From the IMG/VR virus record IMGVR_UViG_3300002835_000068, positions 39,273 through 103,272 of that record: a stretch of DNA of 64,000 bases; one strand, 5' to 3'. The DNA is from a virus. The position numbers were made by a program, and so were the translations under genes. This document shows, one piece after another, positions 30,213-39,783 of this stretch; position 1 is the stretch's first letter; the number at the start of each line of letters is the position of its first letter. The notes under the pieces were generated by a model. The model saw nothing but the letters and a program-made list of their open reading frames with translations. It was not told the origin of the DNA and did no database searches.

Positions 30213-32354
30213 ATTAAACGACTACTAAGAATAGTAACGGCCACAGTCTTAGCCTTTGGCTGGCTACTTATAGCCCCCCAGGAAGCCCACTCTGATGATC
30301 CACTCACAGTAGCAGCCCAAGAAATACAGGAACTTAACGATAGCGTAGATGACCTTGGCTATCAAGATGATTTTATAGATCTTATAGAGATAGCAGAAAA
30401 TAAGTTTGCCTCAGCCACAAATGCGAAGGAACTTAAAGATGATGCCTATGATGCCCACGAAGATGCAGTAGAAGCAGAAGCCACAGCCTTAGAAGCAAAA
30501 AATCTTGCCCAGTCAAATGTGGATGGTCAGACAGCCACAGTAGCCTTGGCCCTTGAACATAAAGACAACGCTCTTGAAGAAAGAAACGATGCACAGGATG
30601 CTCTCAGCATAGCCAACATAAATGTTCAAACCACACAGTCTAATATGCAGGCTGCTGGAGGAACAGGGTTAGCCTATACGGTTTATACTCTTGTCAGACA
30701 AGGAAATGTCGCTACCCCAGGATCTGTGCTTTGTTCTGGCACTTGGAACTCAAACTCTATGTATCTTCCAGTTTGTGGCAACAGGTATGAAAATTTTATA
30801 GTTAAATTTACTGGAACGATTACTGTCCCATCATGGTTTACAACAACATATTTTGCAGGATATACAGATGATGGATTTAGAATGTATGTAGACGGAGTTC
30901 TTGCAGTTGATAACTGGCAAGAGCAAGGCACTACTTGGAGTGATTATTCACCAGTATATGATGTTAGTGAAGACAAAACATTGGGTGTAGAAATTTGGTG
31001 GTATAACGGCGGAGGTCCTGGATCTTATCATCTTGGATGGGCAATTCCTGGAGGCTGGACTGGAGTAGGATGCGACTATGCTGGAGATCCACGAGTATGG
31101 GGACAAAACTTTAGTTGTAATCTTAATACATTTTCTTCTGGCTCAGGACCAACACAGGAACAGATCAATGCTTACAATGATGCTGTTGAAGCACAGGCTA
31201 TAGCACAAACAATCTATAATAATAAATTAGCAGTATATAATGACAAACTAAATGTTTACAATCAAGAAGTACAAGTCTTACAAAATCTCACATCAAACCT
31301 CACAACAGCAATACAAAACCTAACAATCGCACAACAAAACCTAACATCTGCTTTAGAATTAAAAAATAATAGAATCAACACATATAATCAATCTATAATT
31401 GATTTAAATGCTGCTATTGAAGATGCATGGACTTATTATTTTGAGCAGGCACAAAGAGAACTTAATGCTGCTATTGCTCAGGCAGCAGCCAATGCTGCAG
31501 CCAATCAGCCTACCCCAGAACCAACACCAGAACCTTCTCCAGAACCAACTGAAGAGCCAACAGATGAACCAAGCCCAGAGCCCTCACCAGAGCCTACAGA
31601 GGAACCAACTGAAGAACCTACACCAGAACCATCTCCAGAGCCTACAGTAGACCCTACAGATGAGCCTACACCTGAACCTACCCCAGAGGTTACACCAGAT
31701 CCAGAACCAACTGAGGAGCCAGTTGTAGAGCCTACTGAAGAACCTACCCCAGAACCTTCACCAGAACCTGGACCAGATCCAGAACCAGAAGATAATCCTT
31801 GGACTGAACCAGATGTAGAAATCAAAGATGAAGTATTAGAAGCCCTCATTCCTGAAAAGGGAACTGGTACATCAGAAGATTTATCTGGAGTTATTGCTAA
31901 CCTTACAAGCAAAGATAATAAGTTAGTTACTCTTTCCCCTGAACAAATTACAGCAGTAAGTCAAACACTCAAAGCATTGACGCAAGAAGCAAAAGTAGAA
32001 GTTGCAGAAGACCTTGGCATTAAGCCGTCAGAAGTTGCACAGATTGCTGAGCAGATGAAGTCTAACCCAGAACTTGCCTCAGCATTTGTTGAGTTCGCAG
32101 AAAGAGCAGGGGATGCAGGAGAAACCCCAATGCCATTTACATTAGCAGATGCAGTAACAGAAGTACAGACAGAAGCATTTTTAGCAGACCCACTTGGTGC
32201 AGTATTTGAAGTGGATGTTACAGAACTCCTATCCAATTTCTCTGAGTTGGGTATGGATATGACAGATGATCAGAGAGAAAAAGCCCAAGAAGTCATTATC
32301 CCAGTAATCATTGTTTCACAGATTGCAAATGTAATGATTGGGATGAGGAGGTAA
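30213..32354 (+). CDS. Surface protein: signal peptide, coiled coil, PA14 domain, Pro/Thr/Glu linker, C-terminal hydrophobic segment; probable ATT start
   Basis: Frame open 102 codons upstream of the listed GTG, encoding IKRLLRIVTATVLAFGWLLIAPQEAHS; PA14 motifs FTGTI, TDDGFRMYVDG, WWYNGGG. Confidence 0.7.
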   Translation: MKRLLRIVTATVLAFGWLLIAPQEAHSDDPLTVAAQEIQELNDSVDDLGYQDDFIDLIEIAENKFASATNAKELKDDAYDAHEDAVEAEATALEAKNLAQSNVDGQTATVALALEHKDNALEERNDAQDALSIANINVQTTQSNMQAAGGTGLAYTVYTLVRQGNVATPGSVLCSGTWNSNSMYLPVCGNRYENFIVKFTGTITVPSWFTTTYFAGYTDDGFRMYVDGVLAVDNWQEQGTTWSDYSPVYDVSEDKTLGVEIWWYNGGGPGSYHLGWAIPGGWTGVGCDYAGDPRVWGQNFSCNLNTFSSGSGPTQEQINAYNDAVEAQAIAQTIYNNKLAVYNDKLNVYNQEVQVLQNLTSNLTTAIQNLTIAQQNLTSALELKNNRINTYNQSIIDLNAAIEDAWTYYFEQAQRELNAAIAQAAANAAANQPTPEPTPEPSPEPTEEPTDEPSPEPSPEPTEEPTEEPTPEPSPEPTVDPTDEPTPEPTPEVTPDPEPTEEPVVEPTEEPTPEPSPEPGPDPEPEDNPWTEPDVEIKDEVLEALIPEKGTGTSEDLSGVIANLTSKDNKLVTLSPEQITAVSQTLKALTQEAKVEVAEDLGIKPSEVAQIAEQMKSNPELASAFVEFAERAGDAGETPMPFTLADAVTEVQTEAFLADPLGAVFEVDVTELLSNFSELGMDMTDDQREKAQEVIIPVIIVSQIANVMIGMRR
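31508..31790 (+). repeat. Degenerate 12-nt repeats encoding (E/D)P(T/S)(P/E) linker
   Basis: PTPEPTPEPSPEPTEE... about 95 aa. Confidence 0.9.
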
Positions 32355-32356
32355 AA

Positions 32357-32563
32357 ATGAAAATAATCAAAAAGGTTGTGAAGGGATTCTTCACATGGCT
32401 TAAAGATGCAGGGGTGGAAGTGATTGCACAGGCCTTTACTCTCCTTGGCTTCTTCATCGCATGGCTAACTTTGACGGGATCAGCAAGAGACATTGTTGGT
32501 ATTGCAGTACTTGCAACTACAGTAATCTGGCTTATTACAATCCCACTAAGAAAGGAGGACTAA
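32357..32563 (+). CDS. Small two-TM membrane protein
   Basis: Hydrophobic helices; SD GAGGAGG. Confidence 0.7.
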   Translation: MKIIKKVVKGFFTWLKDAGVEVIAQAFTLLGFFIAWLTLTGSARDIVGIAVLATTVIWLITIPLRKED

Positions 32564-32565
32564 AT

Positions 32566-32850
32566 ATGGCAACTAAAAAGGTAGTAGAGCCTCCTAAGAA
32601 GGAGCACCCACAAAAGGCAATTACTAATATATTGATGAGAATCGTAGCAGTCTTTGCAGCATCTGGTCTATCAGTACTTGGTGCTGGAGCAGTTGTAGGA
32701 ATTGACACAGTTCAGGCAGTATTCTTAGCAGGACTATTAGGCGTAGCAACAGTCATTGAAAGACTGGCAAGGGCTTTTTTGGACGATGGAAAACTCACAT
32801 TGGCAGAGATCAATGATGCGTTTAAAACGGTAGACAAAAAGGCTAATTAG
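32566..32850 (+). CDS. Holin-like membrane protein
   Basis: Two TM segments and DDGKLT...EI tail; SD AGGAGG. Confidence 0.5.
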   Translation: MATKKVVEPPKKEHPQKAITNILMRIVAVFAASGLSVLGAGAVVGIDTVQAVFLAGLLGVATVIERLARAFLDDGKLTLAEINDAFKTVDKKAN

Positions 32851-32866
32851 TCATTATTAACGTTAG

Positions 32867-32930
32867 TTGACAGCCCTCTCTGGGCAATGGTATACTTAAG
32901 TATCACCTATCTGGAGAGGGCTTTGTCATG
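32867..32930 (+). promoter_or_regulatory. Promoter TTGACA-18-TATACT embedded in a long hairpin covering the downstream SD and ATG
   Basis: TGACA-GCCCTCTC (32868-80) pairs with GAGAGGGC-tt-TGTCA (32914-28). Confidence 0.75.
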
Positions 32931-33452
32931 ACCTGTATTGCTGTAGTAAAACATGAAGATAAAATCTACATGGCTGGAGATCGTGGAGCATCAGACGATG
33001 GGACTATTCTAGCACTTGATGCACCAAAGGTTTGGAAGATAGGTCCTTATCTTATTGGCTATGCTGGATCAATGGACGGAGAAAGAATCCGTTTTAACTT
33101 TAAGCCAAGTGCTCCTAACATTAAAGATACAGATAAGTTTATGCAGACAAGGTTTATTAAAGAACTAAAGGAATTCTATAATGAGTTCTGGGTTGACACA
33201 TCCAAAGACGGAGACCTTGGTTTGATCATTGCAGTTCGTGGAGAAATCTATGAACACAGTTCTGGGGATATGTCTTTATCTAAGTACATACTTCCTTATC
33301 TTGCAATGGGCTCTGGAGCAGAGTATGCTTATGGGGTTTTGTATGCAACTGATAAACAAAAAAATGCAAGAAATAGGGTTGTTCAAGCAGTTAACGCTGC
33401 TATCAAGTTTAATCCTTCTTGCATGGGGCCAGTAGATGTAGTTAGTTTATGA
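32928..33452 (+). CDS. HslV/proteasome-beta-like Ntn threonine protease
   Basis: M-T-CIAV N-terminus, AGD, KV, GYAGS, AMGSGA. Confidence 0.8.
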   Translation: MTCIAVVKHEDKIYMAGDRGASDDGTILALDAPKVWKIGPYLIGYAGSMDGERIRFNFKPSAPNIKDTDKFMQTRFIKELKEFYNEFWVDTSKDGDLGLIIAVRGEIYEHSSGDMSLSKYILPYLAMGSGAEYAYGVLYATDKQKNARNRVVQAVNAAIKFNPSCMGPVDVVSL

Positions 33453-34252
33453 GAGAGTTTCGCACTGACACAAATAATATTATCAATAAAACTTCTTGGA
33501 ATCTAGTTGGAGCGTATAAAGAAGTTTTTGGCAACCTTAATGACAAACTTTATCCATGCGTAATAAATGATAAAAAAGTTATTCTTGGTGGGTATAATAA
33601 CTGGGATTGGCCCACCCTGCAGTTCATGAATATTGATGGGTATAGGTCTGACAACTTTAAAAAAAATACAGAAAACGATATTGTTTTTTTAGGTTGTTCA
33701 CAAACTTTTGGAGTTGGTATTGCACAAAATTTTACTTGGCCAAAAGTTGTACTAGATTCTATTGCACCAAACAATAACCTAAATAATTTGTCTCTTGTTT
33801 CAGGAGCAATAGAAGAAATTATTTATAATTTTTTTAAATATTGTAATATATATGATAATCCAGGAACAGTGTTTTTTTTAATGCCAGACATACATCGTGG
33901 CTTTGAGCCAGTATTAGAGTTGGCTCAATTAAGAGCAATACAGTTTTATCAAATATTAGAAATTTACTGCAAGATAAACAATATTAATCTTATTTCATCT
34001 ACTTGGGATATTAGGAGACCTAATAATAATGATCAGAGTTTAAATGATTTTTTTGATGGAATGTTTGACACATTTTACAAAATAAATATACAGGATTATG
34101 CTAAAGATATTAATGATTTTATGGAAAAAAACAGCCATGAAGAGTATCTCTTGGTTGCTAGAGATAAAAAGCATATGGGTATTGCTATGCATCACGCTAC
34201 TGCAAAGTTTATGGTAGAAAAATATTTAAACTTGACATCCAAACAAGAATAG
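33449..34252 (+). CDS. SGNH-hydrolase-like protein (paralog A)
   Basis: FLGCSQTFG.G...TWP; C-terminal RDKKHMG. Confidence 0.6.
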   Translation: MREFRTDTNNIINKTSWNLVGAYKEVFGNLNDKLYPCVINDKKVILGGYNNWDWPTLQFMNIDGYRSDNFKKNTENDIVFLGCSQTFGVGIAQNFTWPKVVLDSIAPNNNLNNLSLVSGAIEEIIYNFFKYCNIYDNPGTVFFLMPDIHRGFEPVLELAQLRAIQFYQILEIYCKINNINLISSTWDIRRPNNNDQSLNDFFDGMFDTFYKINIQDYAKDINDFMEKNSHEEYLLVARDKKHMGIAMHHATAKFMVEKYLNLTSKQE

Positions 34253-34266
34253 GATACACTTTATAT

Positions 34267-34488
34267 ATGAGCGAAGAATTTGAAGAAATCTTAAAAGATA
34301 TTCAAAATACAGAGGCAGATTTTAATGAGTTTGAGATCTGGCTTGAAAACGGAATTGAACGGGGATGGATAACAGAACCGTTCTGTAATACTCATGAAGG
34401 CGATCCTTATATGAGTGAAGAAGAGCAACAAGAGTGGGAAGCAGGTGGCGACCCATGTCAACTAGTAATCAAGATAAAGGGTATATAA
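34267..34488 (+). CDS. Acidic hypothetical protein, leaderless
   Basis: TTGACA(34232)-17-TACACT, then 6 nt, then ATG. Confidence 0.7.
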   Translation: MSEEFEEILKDIQNTEADFNEFEIWLENGIERGWITEPFCNTHEGDPYMSEEEQQEWEAGGDPCQLVIKIKGI

Positions 34489-34490
34489 AT

Positions 34491-35270
34491 ATGAAAAAGT
34501 TAATCGCACTAATCGCAGTACTGTTTTCAGTAGTAGTTCCAATTAATGCAAATGCAAACACAGTTGGTTCTGTTGTAATTATTGATAGCAATTTTAACGA
34601 GTCTTTTATTTCAGGAAGCCGTGAAGTAGTTTGCCTATACACATCCAACTGCTCTGTTCCTCAGTCTGGTAAAACAACAGAGTCAATGCATGGAACTATC
34701 ATGGCAGAGGTTGCAAGAACTGCAAATCCAACCGCAAACCTTATTCTAATTAAGGCTGCAACTACTCCAACTGGAATCGTAAATGGAGATGATTTTAACA
34801 CTGCTTTGTCTTGGGTTATTGCAAACCTAAAGACAAAGAATATCAAGTCTGTATCATTTGCTCGTGGATCAGGTGCAGCGTCTAATACGTCTACTGGGTG
34901 CATGCCAACACATCACACTGACAGGAATGTTCTAAAGGCAAAGACGATTGTGAATGTAGATTTACTGTCTTCGTCTGGAGTAAAGGTGTATGCCTCTACT
35001 GGAAACACAAACAAGGTTGGAAGTCTTGAGTATCCAGCATGCTTGCCAAATGTAACAGCCGTAACAACGCTGTCAAGACAAAAGACAGATGGGGTCAATG
35101 AGTACACAGATATCCTATTGTCTGCTGGATCATTAAAGGTTGTATCTTTAACTGGTGTCAATACAAAGCAGGTTTTTATGACAACATCTGCAACTGCTAC
35201 TTTAGCAGCAGCGATGTACGACAAGATCTCATTTGTTCCTAACGGAAGAACAAGAGTATTGCTTCCTTAA
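34491..35270 (+). CDS. Secreted subtilisin-like (S8) peptidase
   Basis: Signal peptide; IIDS, HGTIMA, ASTGN, YPAC, TTSATA. Confidence 0.75.
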   Translation: MKKLIALIAVLFSVVVPINANANTVGSVVIIDSNFNESFISGSREVVCLYTSNCSVPQSGKTTESMHGTIMAEVARTANPTANLILIKAATTPTGIVNGDDFNTALSWVIANLKTKNIKSVSFARGSGAASNTSTGCMPTHHTDRNVLKAKTIVNVDLLSSSGVKVYASTGNTNKVGSLEYPACLPNVTAVTTLSRQKTDGVNEYTDILLSAGSLKVVSLTGVNTKQVFMTTSATATLAAAMYDKISFVPNGRTRVLLP

Positions 35271-35277
35271 TTAGGAT

Positions 35278-35350
35278 TGGGCTGTAACTCAGATGGTAGA
35301 GTGCCGAACTGTTAATTCGGATGTCGCAGGATCGATACCTGCCAGCCCAG
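35278..35350 (+). tRNA. tRNA-Asn(GTT)
   Basis: Acceptor TGGGCTG/CAGCCCA; anticodon arm CCGAA-CTGTTAA-TTCGG; no encoded CCA. Confidence 0.9.
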
Positions 35351-35405
35351 CAAAGTAAGTTATATGGTGTATAATTGTTTTAGTAATTGAGAAGAATGGA
35401 GCAGC

Positions 35406-36089
35406 GTGGAATACCCATCAATTTTAAACAATATCACTGATGACTTTGATATATGGTACAAGACTAAAGATCCCGTTTTTTCTGATCTAAGTTTAAAGTC
35501 AAGGCTTCCAGATAGGTGGGTTAGGTTTGATACTGTAGCCAAGGGCAAATATAAAGACAGTGTAATTAAACCAATCAACACATATGTTCAGGCACTCTAC
35601 CCAGCACCAACTTTAGTAAGTATAGAAAATGGTGTTGTTAGGCTTAGACAAAGAAACCATGCGGAGTTCTTTTTGCTTGAGACATCTACAAGGCTAAGAA
35701 ATATTGACAGACCCTGGATGAGGCAATACTATAACACAGACTTTAAAATGGCAAAAGACAAAGAATGTTTTGATGATGTCTTTAAGTTTTACGCACCATG
35801 GTATATAGATTTAGACGTTGAGGTCTTTTATGAAACTCCACAAGAGGACTCTCCTTTTGTCATAAGCCCAGACTCATCAGTTCATAAAAAGATAGATAAA
35901 GAATTAATATATTTAGAGCCAGACTTTATACCCTTTAAATTTAAGAGAGTTGGCCCTCATATGGTTGACCATAGGTTTGGCAAAATAAAAAGGTATTCAG
36001 CGATGTTTGATATAGTATTTAAAGTAGATGGTATAATTGAAGAGAAAGTTAGGAACTTTTATGAACAAGATCAAGTTTTACCCATTTAG
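35406..36089 (+). CDS. Hypothetical protein (possible distant relative of the next two genes)
   Basis: FKFYAPW resembles the FRILPFW/WRMNW segments of its neighbours. Confidence 0.55.
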   Translation: MEYPSILNNITDDFDIWYKTKDPVFSDLSLKSRLPDRWVRFDTVAKGKYKDSVIKPINTYVQALYPAPTLVSIENGVVRLRQRNHAEFFLLETSTRLRNIDRPWMRQYYNTDFKMAKDKECFDDVFKFYAPWYIDLDVEVFYETPQEDSPFVISPDSSVHKKIDKELIYLEPDFIPFKFKRVGPHMVDHRFGKIKRYSAMFDIVFKVDGIIEEKVRNFYEQDQVLPI

Positions 36090-36783
36090 CCAGTCAACAA
36101 CAGAGTTTACCCCAAAGCCATATCCTGCTTTAAAGGCTATTCCAGACTGGTATAAAAGTCAGCCATCAGTAATGAATGAGAAAGAATCTCTTGCACAGGG
36201 GTTTTCTACTTCAACAATTAAGAGATGCATGCCAATATTTGACTACATAACTGCGGGATACATACTATCTATCCCATGTGATATATATATTGATGCTACC
36301 AATCCAGAAAAACTAGAATGGTCAGTTCCACAACCTATGAAGACATTTGCGATAAGCATGATAGCCTCACATGCTGAAGAGCAGTATTCTCATTTTCCTA
36401 TAGATAAAGATAAATACCATAAGCAACTGTTTAGAATTTTACCTTTCTGGTCAGTAAAAACAGAGCCAGGATATAGTTGTTTGTTTCTTCATCCAACACA
36501 TAAAGATCCAGTACCTTTCCTAACAATAGAAGCAATAATAGACACTGATAATTTTATTACAGATGGACATGTTTCTATGTTAATTGAAAAAGATTTTAAG
36601 GGTGTTATAAAGCAAGGAACACCTTTTATTCAGGTACTTCCCTTTCAAAGAGAAGACTGGGAGATGGAACTGGTTGACCCAGAAGTTGCACAAAAAGAAA
36701 TAACTGCACAAAGATTATCTCTTCGTAGTACTTTTTCTTTTGGATATAAGAACAAAATGAGATCAAAAAAGGATTTTAAGTGA
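36061..36783 (+). CDS. DUF6065-like protein
   Basis: IPDWYK, TIKRCMP..D...GY, W.VKTEPGYSCLFLHP, GTPFIQVLPF.R. Confidence 0.65.
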   Translation: MNKIKFYPFSQSTTEFTPKPYPALKAIPDWYKSQPSVMNEKESLAQGFSTSTIKRCMPIFDYITAGYILSIPCDIYIDATNPEKLEWSVPQPMKTFAISMIASHAEEQYSHFPIDKDKYHKQLFRILPFWSVKTEPGYSCLFLHPTHKDPVPFLTIEAIIDTDNFITDGHVSMLIEKDFKGVIKQGTPFIQVLPFQREDWEMELVDPEVAQKEITAQRLSLRSTFSFGYKNKMRSKKDFK

Positions 36784-37553
36784 GTGATGTCCCACTTCCT
36801 ATAAAATTTACCCCAACATTCTTAGGTCACTCTGGAATGCTTACTATGCCAGTACCAGCGGTGTCTAAGGTTCCAGAATGGTACAGAAGTCTTGCACGTT
36901 TTGATAGATCAAATGACGATATAACTCTTGGGGTAAATAATAATGTAGGTACTGATGGAGCAATGGTAGCAACAAAAATGTGTATGCCATTTTTTGATGC
37001 ACTAACTGCTGGATATCAGTATGTTCTAGAAGATGATGTATATGTTGACTTAGATAAAGATGGAAAGCCAATCATTTCATGGAAAGGCCAGGTAATGATG
37101 GTAGATAAAAGACCAACGATAGAATTACCAGTACCAGACAATTGTCATCCAATACACTATGGCTGGAGAATGAATTGGTTCTACGAAACTCCTCCAGGAT
37201 ATTCAGTATTGATTACACACCCAATGAATAGGTATGACCTTCCATTTTACACAATGTCTGGTATCGTTGAGTCAGATATATGGGGGCTTCCAGTTTTTAC
37301 AGCCTTCTTTTTAAAAAGAAACTTTATAGGAGTAATACCAAAAGGAACTCCAATATTCCAGATTGTTCCAATTAAAAGAGATTCCTGGGAGTCTGAGTGC
37401 ATCGAGACAGACGAGGCACTTGATAGACATGAACTAGCAGCAGAGAATAGAAGATCACGACTTTATGGATACTACAAACAAACAGCCTGGAGAAAAAAGA
37501 TGTTTGGTGTAAAAAATTCTAAAATAAAAGAAGTTTCACACGACGATGAATGA
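36780..37553 (+). CDS. DUF6065-like protein, paralog of previous
   Basis: VPEWYR, TKMCMP..D...GY, TPPGYSVLITHP, GTPIFQIVP..R. Confidence 0.65.
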   Translation: MSDVPLPIKFTPTFLGHSGMLTMPVPAVSKVPEWYRSLARFDRSNDDITLGVNNNVGTDGAMVATKMCMPFFDALTAGYQYVLEDDVYVDLDKDGKPIISWKGQVMMVDKRPTIELPVPDNCHPIHYGWRMNWFYETPPGYSVLITHPMNRYDLPFYTMSGIVESDIWGLPVFTAFFLKRNFIGVIPKGTPIFQIVPIKRDSWESECIETDEALDRHELAAENRRSRLYGYYKQTAWRKKMFGVKNSKIKEVSHDDE

Positions 37554-38406
37554 TATATTAGTTTTGATTTATTCCTACAAAGGTAAAAATCTTAAAGATG
37601 TTGTTGACAATGTTTTTAAAAATTCTAGCGGTAAAAGAAAAATAAAGGTTATAGTATCAGACCAACACCCACTAAACAGAAGAGACACCTTCTCTAGCAT
37701 AGACTGCAGTTACTTTCATATATTTTGGGATTTTATAACAAGTCCATGCCATCATAAAAATTCTTTTATAAGGACAAACCTATCTAAGTATTCTTTAATT
37801 TTGGGAGACTCAGTTATGGTTCCAAAAAATTGGGATGATGATCTTGTTAGTCTTGTAGAAGAAAACAATTGCGTTATTTCTGGATCTGGCAAAACTGTTT
37901 TAGGGATAGAGAGCCTTTTCTTTTTAAAGAAAGAAAACATACATAGTGATAGTTTTTCAGTTACACAATACATAGACAGAGATTTTATCTTTGGGCTAAC
38001 ATCTTTTTTATCAGAAGTTAAATATCCAACCTATCTAAAATATAACGGAGAAGAAGAATCCCTGTCTGTTAAGATTTTTACAAAGGGTGTTGATATATAT
38101 TCTGCCCCATCAAACTACTATAAAAAAGTTTCAGAAAATCTTATAGGTGAAATATATGTCCCATTTTCTTTAAATCATAACTATAATGAGGCAATAAGCC
38201 TTTTGCAAAATGGGTCTAATTCCTTTGAAAATATCAATGGACTAGAAAGAAGTGTAGAAGATTTTAATATTTTTCACGGAAATATATTTCAGCATCTAAA
38301 TAATTTACCATTTCACACTAACGATGTTGAGTATGATCCACAAGCCCTTTCTTTTAATAAGGTAGATGCAAGAAGATATCTAGGCAACACAAAAGCAATC
38401 CATTAA
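37546..38406 (+). CDS. GT60/Gnt1-like (GT-A fold) glycosyltransferase, diverged
   Basis: IYSYK, KNWDDDL, FIFG...EV.Y....Y.GEEESLSVKIFTKGVDIYSAP. Confidence 0.6.
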   Translation: MNDILVLIYSYKGKNLKDVVDNVFKNSSGKRKIKVIVSDQHPLNRRDTFSSIDCSYFHIFWDFITSPCHHKNSFIRTNLSKYSLILGDSVMVPKNWDDDLVSLVEENNCVISGSGKTVLGIESLFFLKKENIHSDSFSVTQYIDRDFIFGLTSFLSEVKYPTYLKYNGEEESLSVKIFTKGVDIYSAPSNYYKKVSENLIGEIYVPFSLNHNYNEAISLLQNGSNSFENINGLERSVEDFNIFHGNIFQHLNNLPFHTNDVEYDPQALSFNKVDARRYLGNTKAIH

Positions 38407-38432
38407 TGGTATAATTATATAAAGGAGAAAAT

Positions 38433-39125
38433 ATGACAGACTCAGATATGCCTGCAGAGCGCAGGGCAGACCTAAAAGGTGGACATAGAATCCACGTAAT
38501 TAAGAATTTCATAACACCAGAAGACGCACAAACCCTTATTGATGAGCAAAGAAATCCATCATCAACAAACCCTTATCCAGAATACTATAAGAAGAGATTC
38601 GGAGGAACCTCTTTTCCATATAATGATCGTGTAATGGATATCTTAAAGAAGTATGGAGAAAAAGCAAATGAGGTTCATAAAGAACAGAATGCTTTTTATA
38701 ATGATATCTATGTCTTTAAGGCTTTTGGCTCTTGGTGGACTGAGGGAACAAAGGGTGGCCTACATATAGACGCACAAGACCCTGAACCATTTATTGAGTG
38801 GAGTACAATTATCTACTTAAACGGTAACTTAAATCCACAAGAAGAAGAAGATGGGCAAACAATAAGTCCAGACCTAGAGTTTACTGGTGGAAGAATTTAT
38901 TTCCCAAACCAAAACTATGTATATGAGCCAAGAAGATATTCTGCAGTATTTTTCCCTAGCGCTGGAACAGAGTACATTCATGGAATAACTAAGGTTCTAT
39001 CTGGTAACAGACATACAGCATTATATATGCATACAAGTCTTCCTACCCACGCCGATCCAGATTTTATTAAGCCAGGGGTTGTTCCAAAATGGAAGGCTAT
39101 GGGATACCCATTAAATGATGAATGA
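38433..39125 (+). CDS. Prolyl-4-hydroxylase-like 2OG-Fe(II) oxygenase
   Basis: HID, IIYLN, FTGG, FFPS, H...SGNR; own TGGTATAAT and SD. Confidence 0.85.
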   Translation: MTDSDMPAERRADLKGGHRIHVIKNFITPEDAQTLIDEQRNPSSTNPYPEYYKKRFGGTSFPYNDRVMDILKKYGEKANEVHKEQNAFYNDIYVFKAFGSWWTEGTKGGLHIDAQDPEPFIEWSTIIYLNGNLNPQEEEDGQTISPDLEFTGGRIYFPNQNYVYEPRRYSAVFFPSAGTEYIHGITKVLSGNRHTALYMHTSLPTHADPDFIKPGVVPKWKAMGYPLNDE

Positions 39126-39783
39126 TTTTGAAATTTTAGATCTTGGTTTAGTTTATTATAAAAATGTAGTAAATGATCCACAGGGTCTGATTAAAAAGAT
39201 CGAAGAACTTGATTCAAGATATCAAGAGGAAAAGCCAGCACCCTTTATGACATCAGTAAAGCCATGGATTCCATGGACGTATGGAGAAGGTTCAAATAAG
39301 GTTACTTTTAATATGCAAAAGTTTATACCACAAGTTAAAGATATTTCAAAAACAGATATCTATTTAAACCAACAAACTTTTATATCAAATGAACTGTTCG
39401 GGGCACTTGATAGAACACTTAGTCACTACTCAACTGAACTTTATCCTTTTGCTGAAAAAAACATAAAGTCTAGAGAAAAGACCATGCATCTGCTTAAATA
39501 TGATAAAACTGGACACCTACCAGCACATCAGGATCAAGGAATTAGTACAAGAGTTTTATCTGTTCTTTTATATCTAAATGATGACTACGAGGGTGGAGAA
39601 ATTGAGTTTAGACATTCTGGGTTAAAGTTTAAGCCAGAGGCAGGAAGCGTACTGTTTTTTCCATCAAACTTCTTATATGTTCATGAGGTGTACCCAGTCA
39701 CAAAGGGTCCAAGGTATGCACTACCAAATTGGTACCATAATGTCCCACTTGAGTTTAAGAGAGACTCAACAGGTGATGAATGA
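39115..39783 (+). CDS. Prolyl-4-hydroxylase-like 2OG-Fe(II) oxygenase
   Basis: HQD, YLNDDYEGGE, FFPSN..YVHEV.PV..G.RY. Confidence 0.9.
   Translation: MMNDFEILDLGLVYYKNVVNDPQGLIKKIEELDSRYQEEKPAPFMTSVKPWIPWTYGEGSNKVTFNMQKFIPQVKDISKTDIYLNQQTFISNELFGALDRTLSHYSTELYPFAEKNIKSREKTMHLLKYDKTGHLPAHQDQGISTRVLSVLLYLNDDYEGGEIEFRHSGLKFKPEAGSVLFFPSNFLYVHEVYPVTKGPRYALPNWYHNVPLEFKRDSTGDE

Noticed and set aside
31505-31912. Minus-strand Gly/Ser-rich ORF
   Set aside because: Antisense shadow of the PTPE repeat
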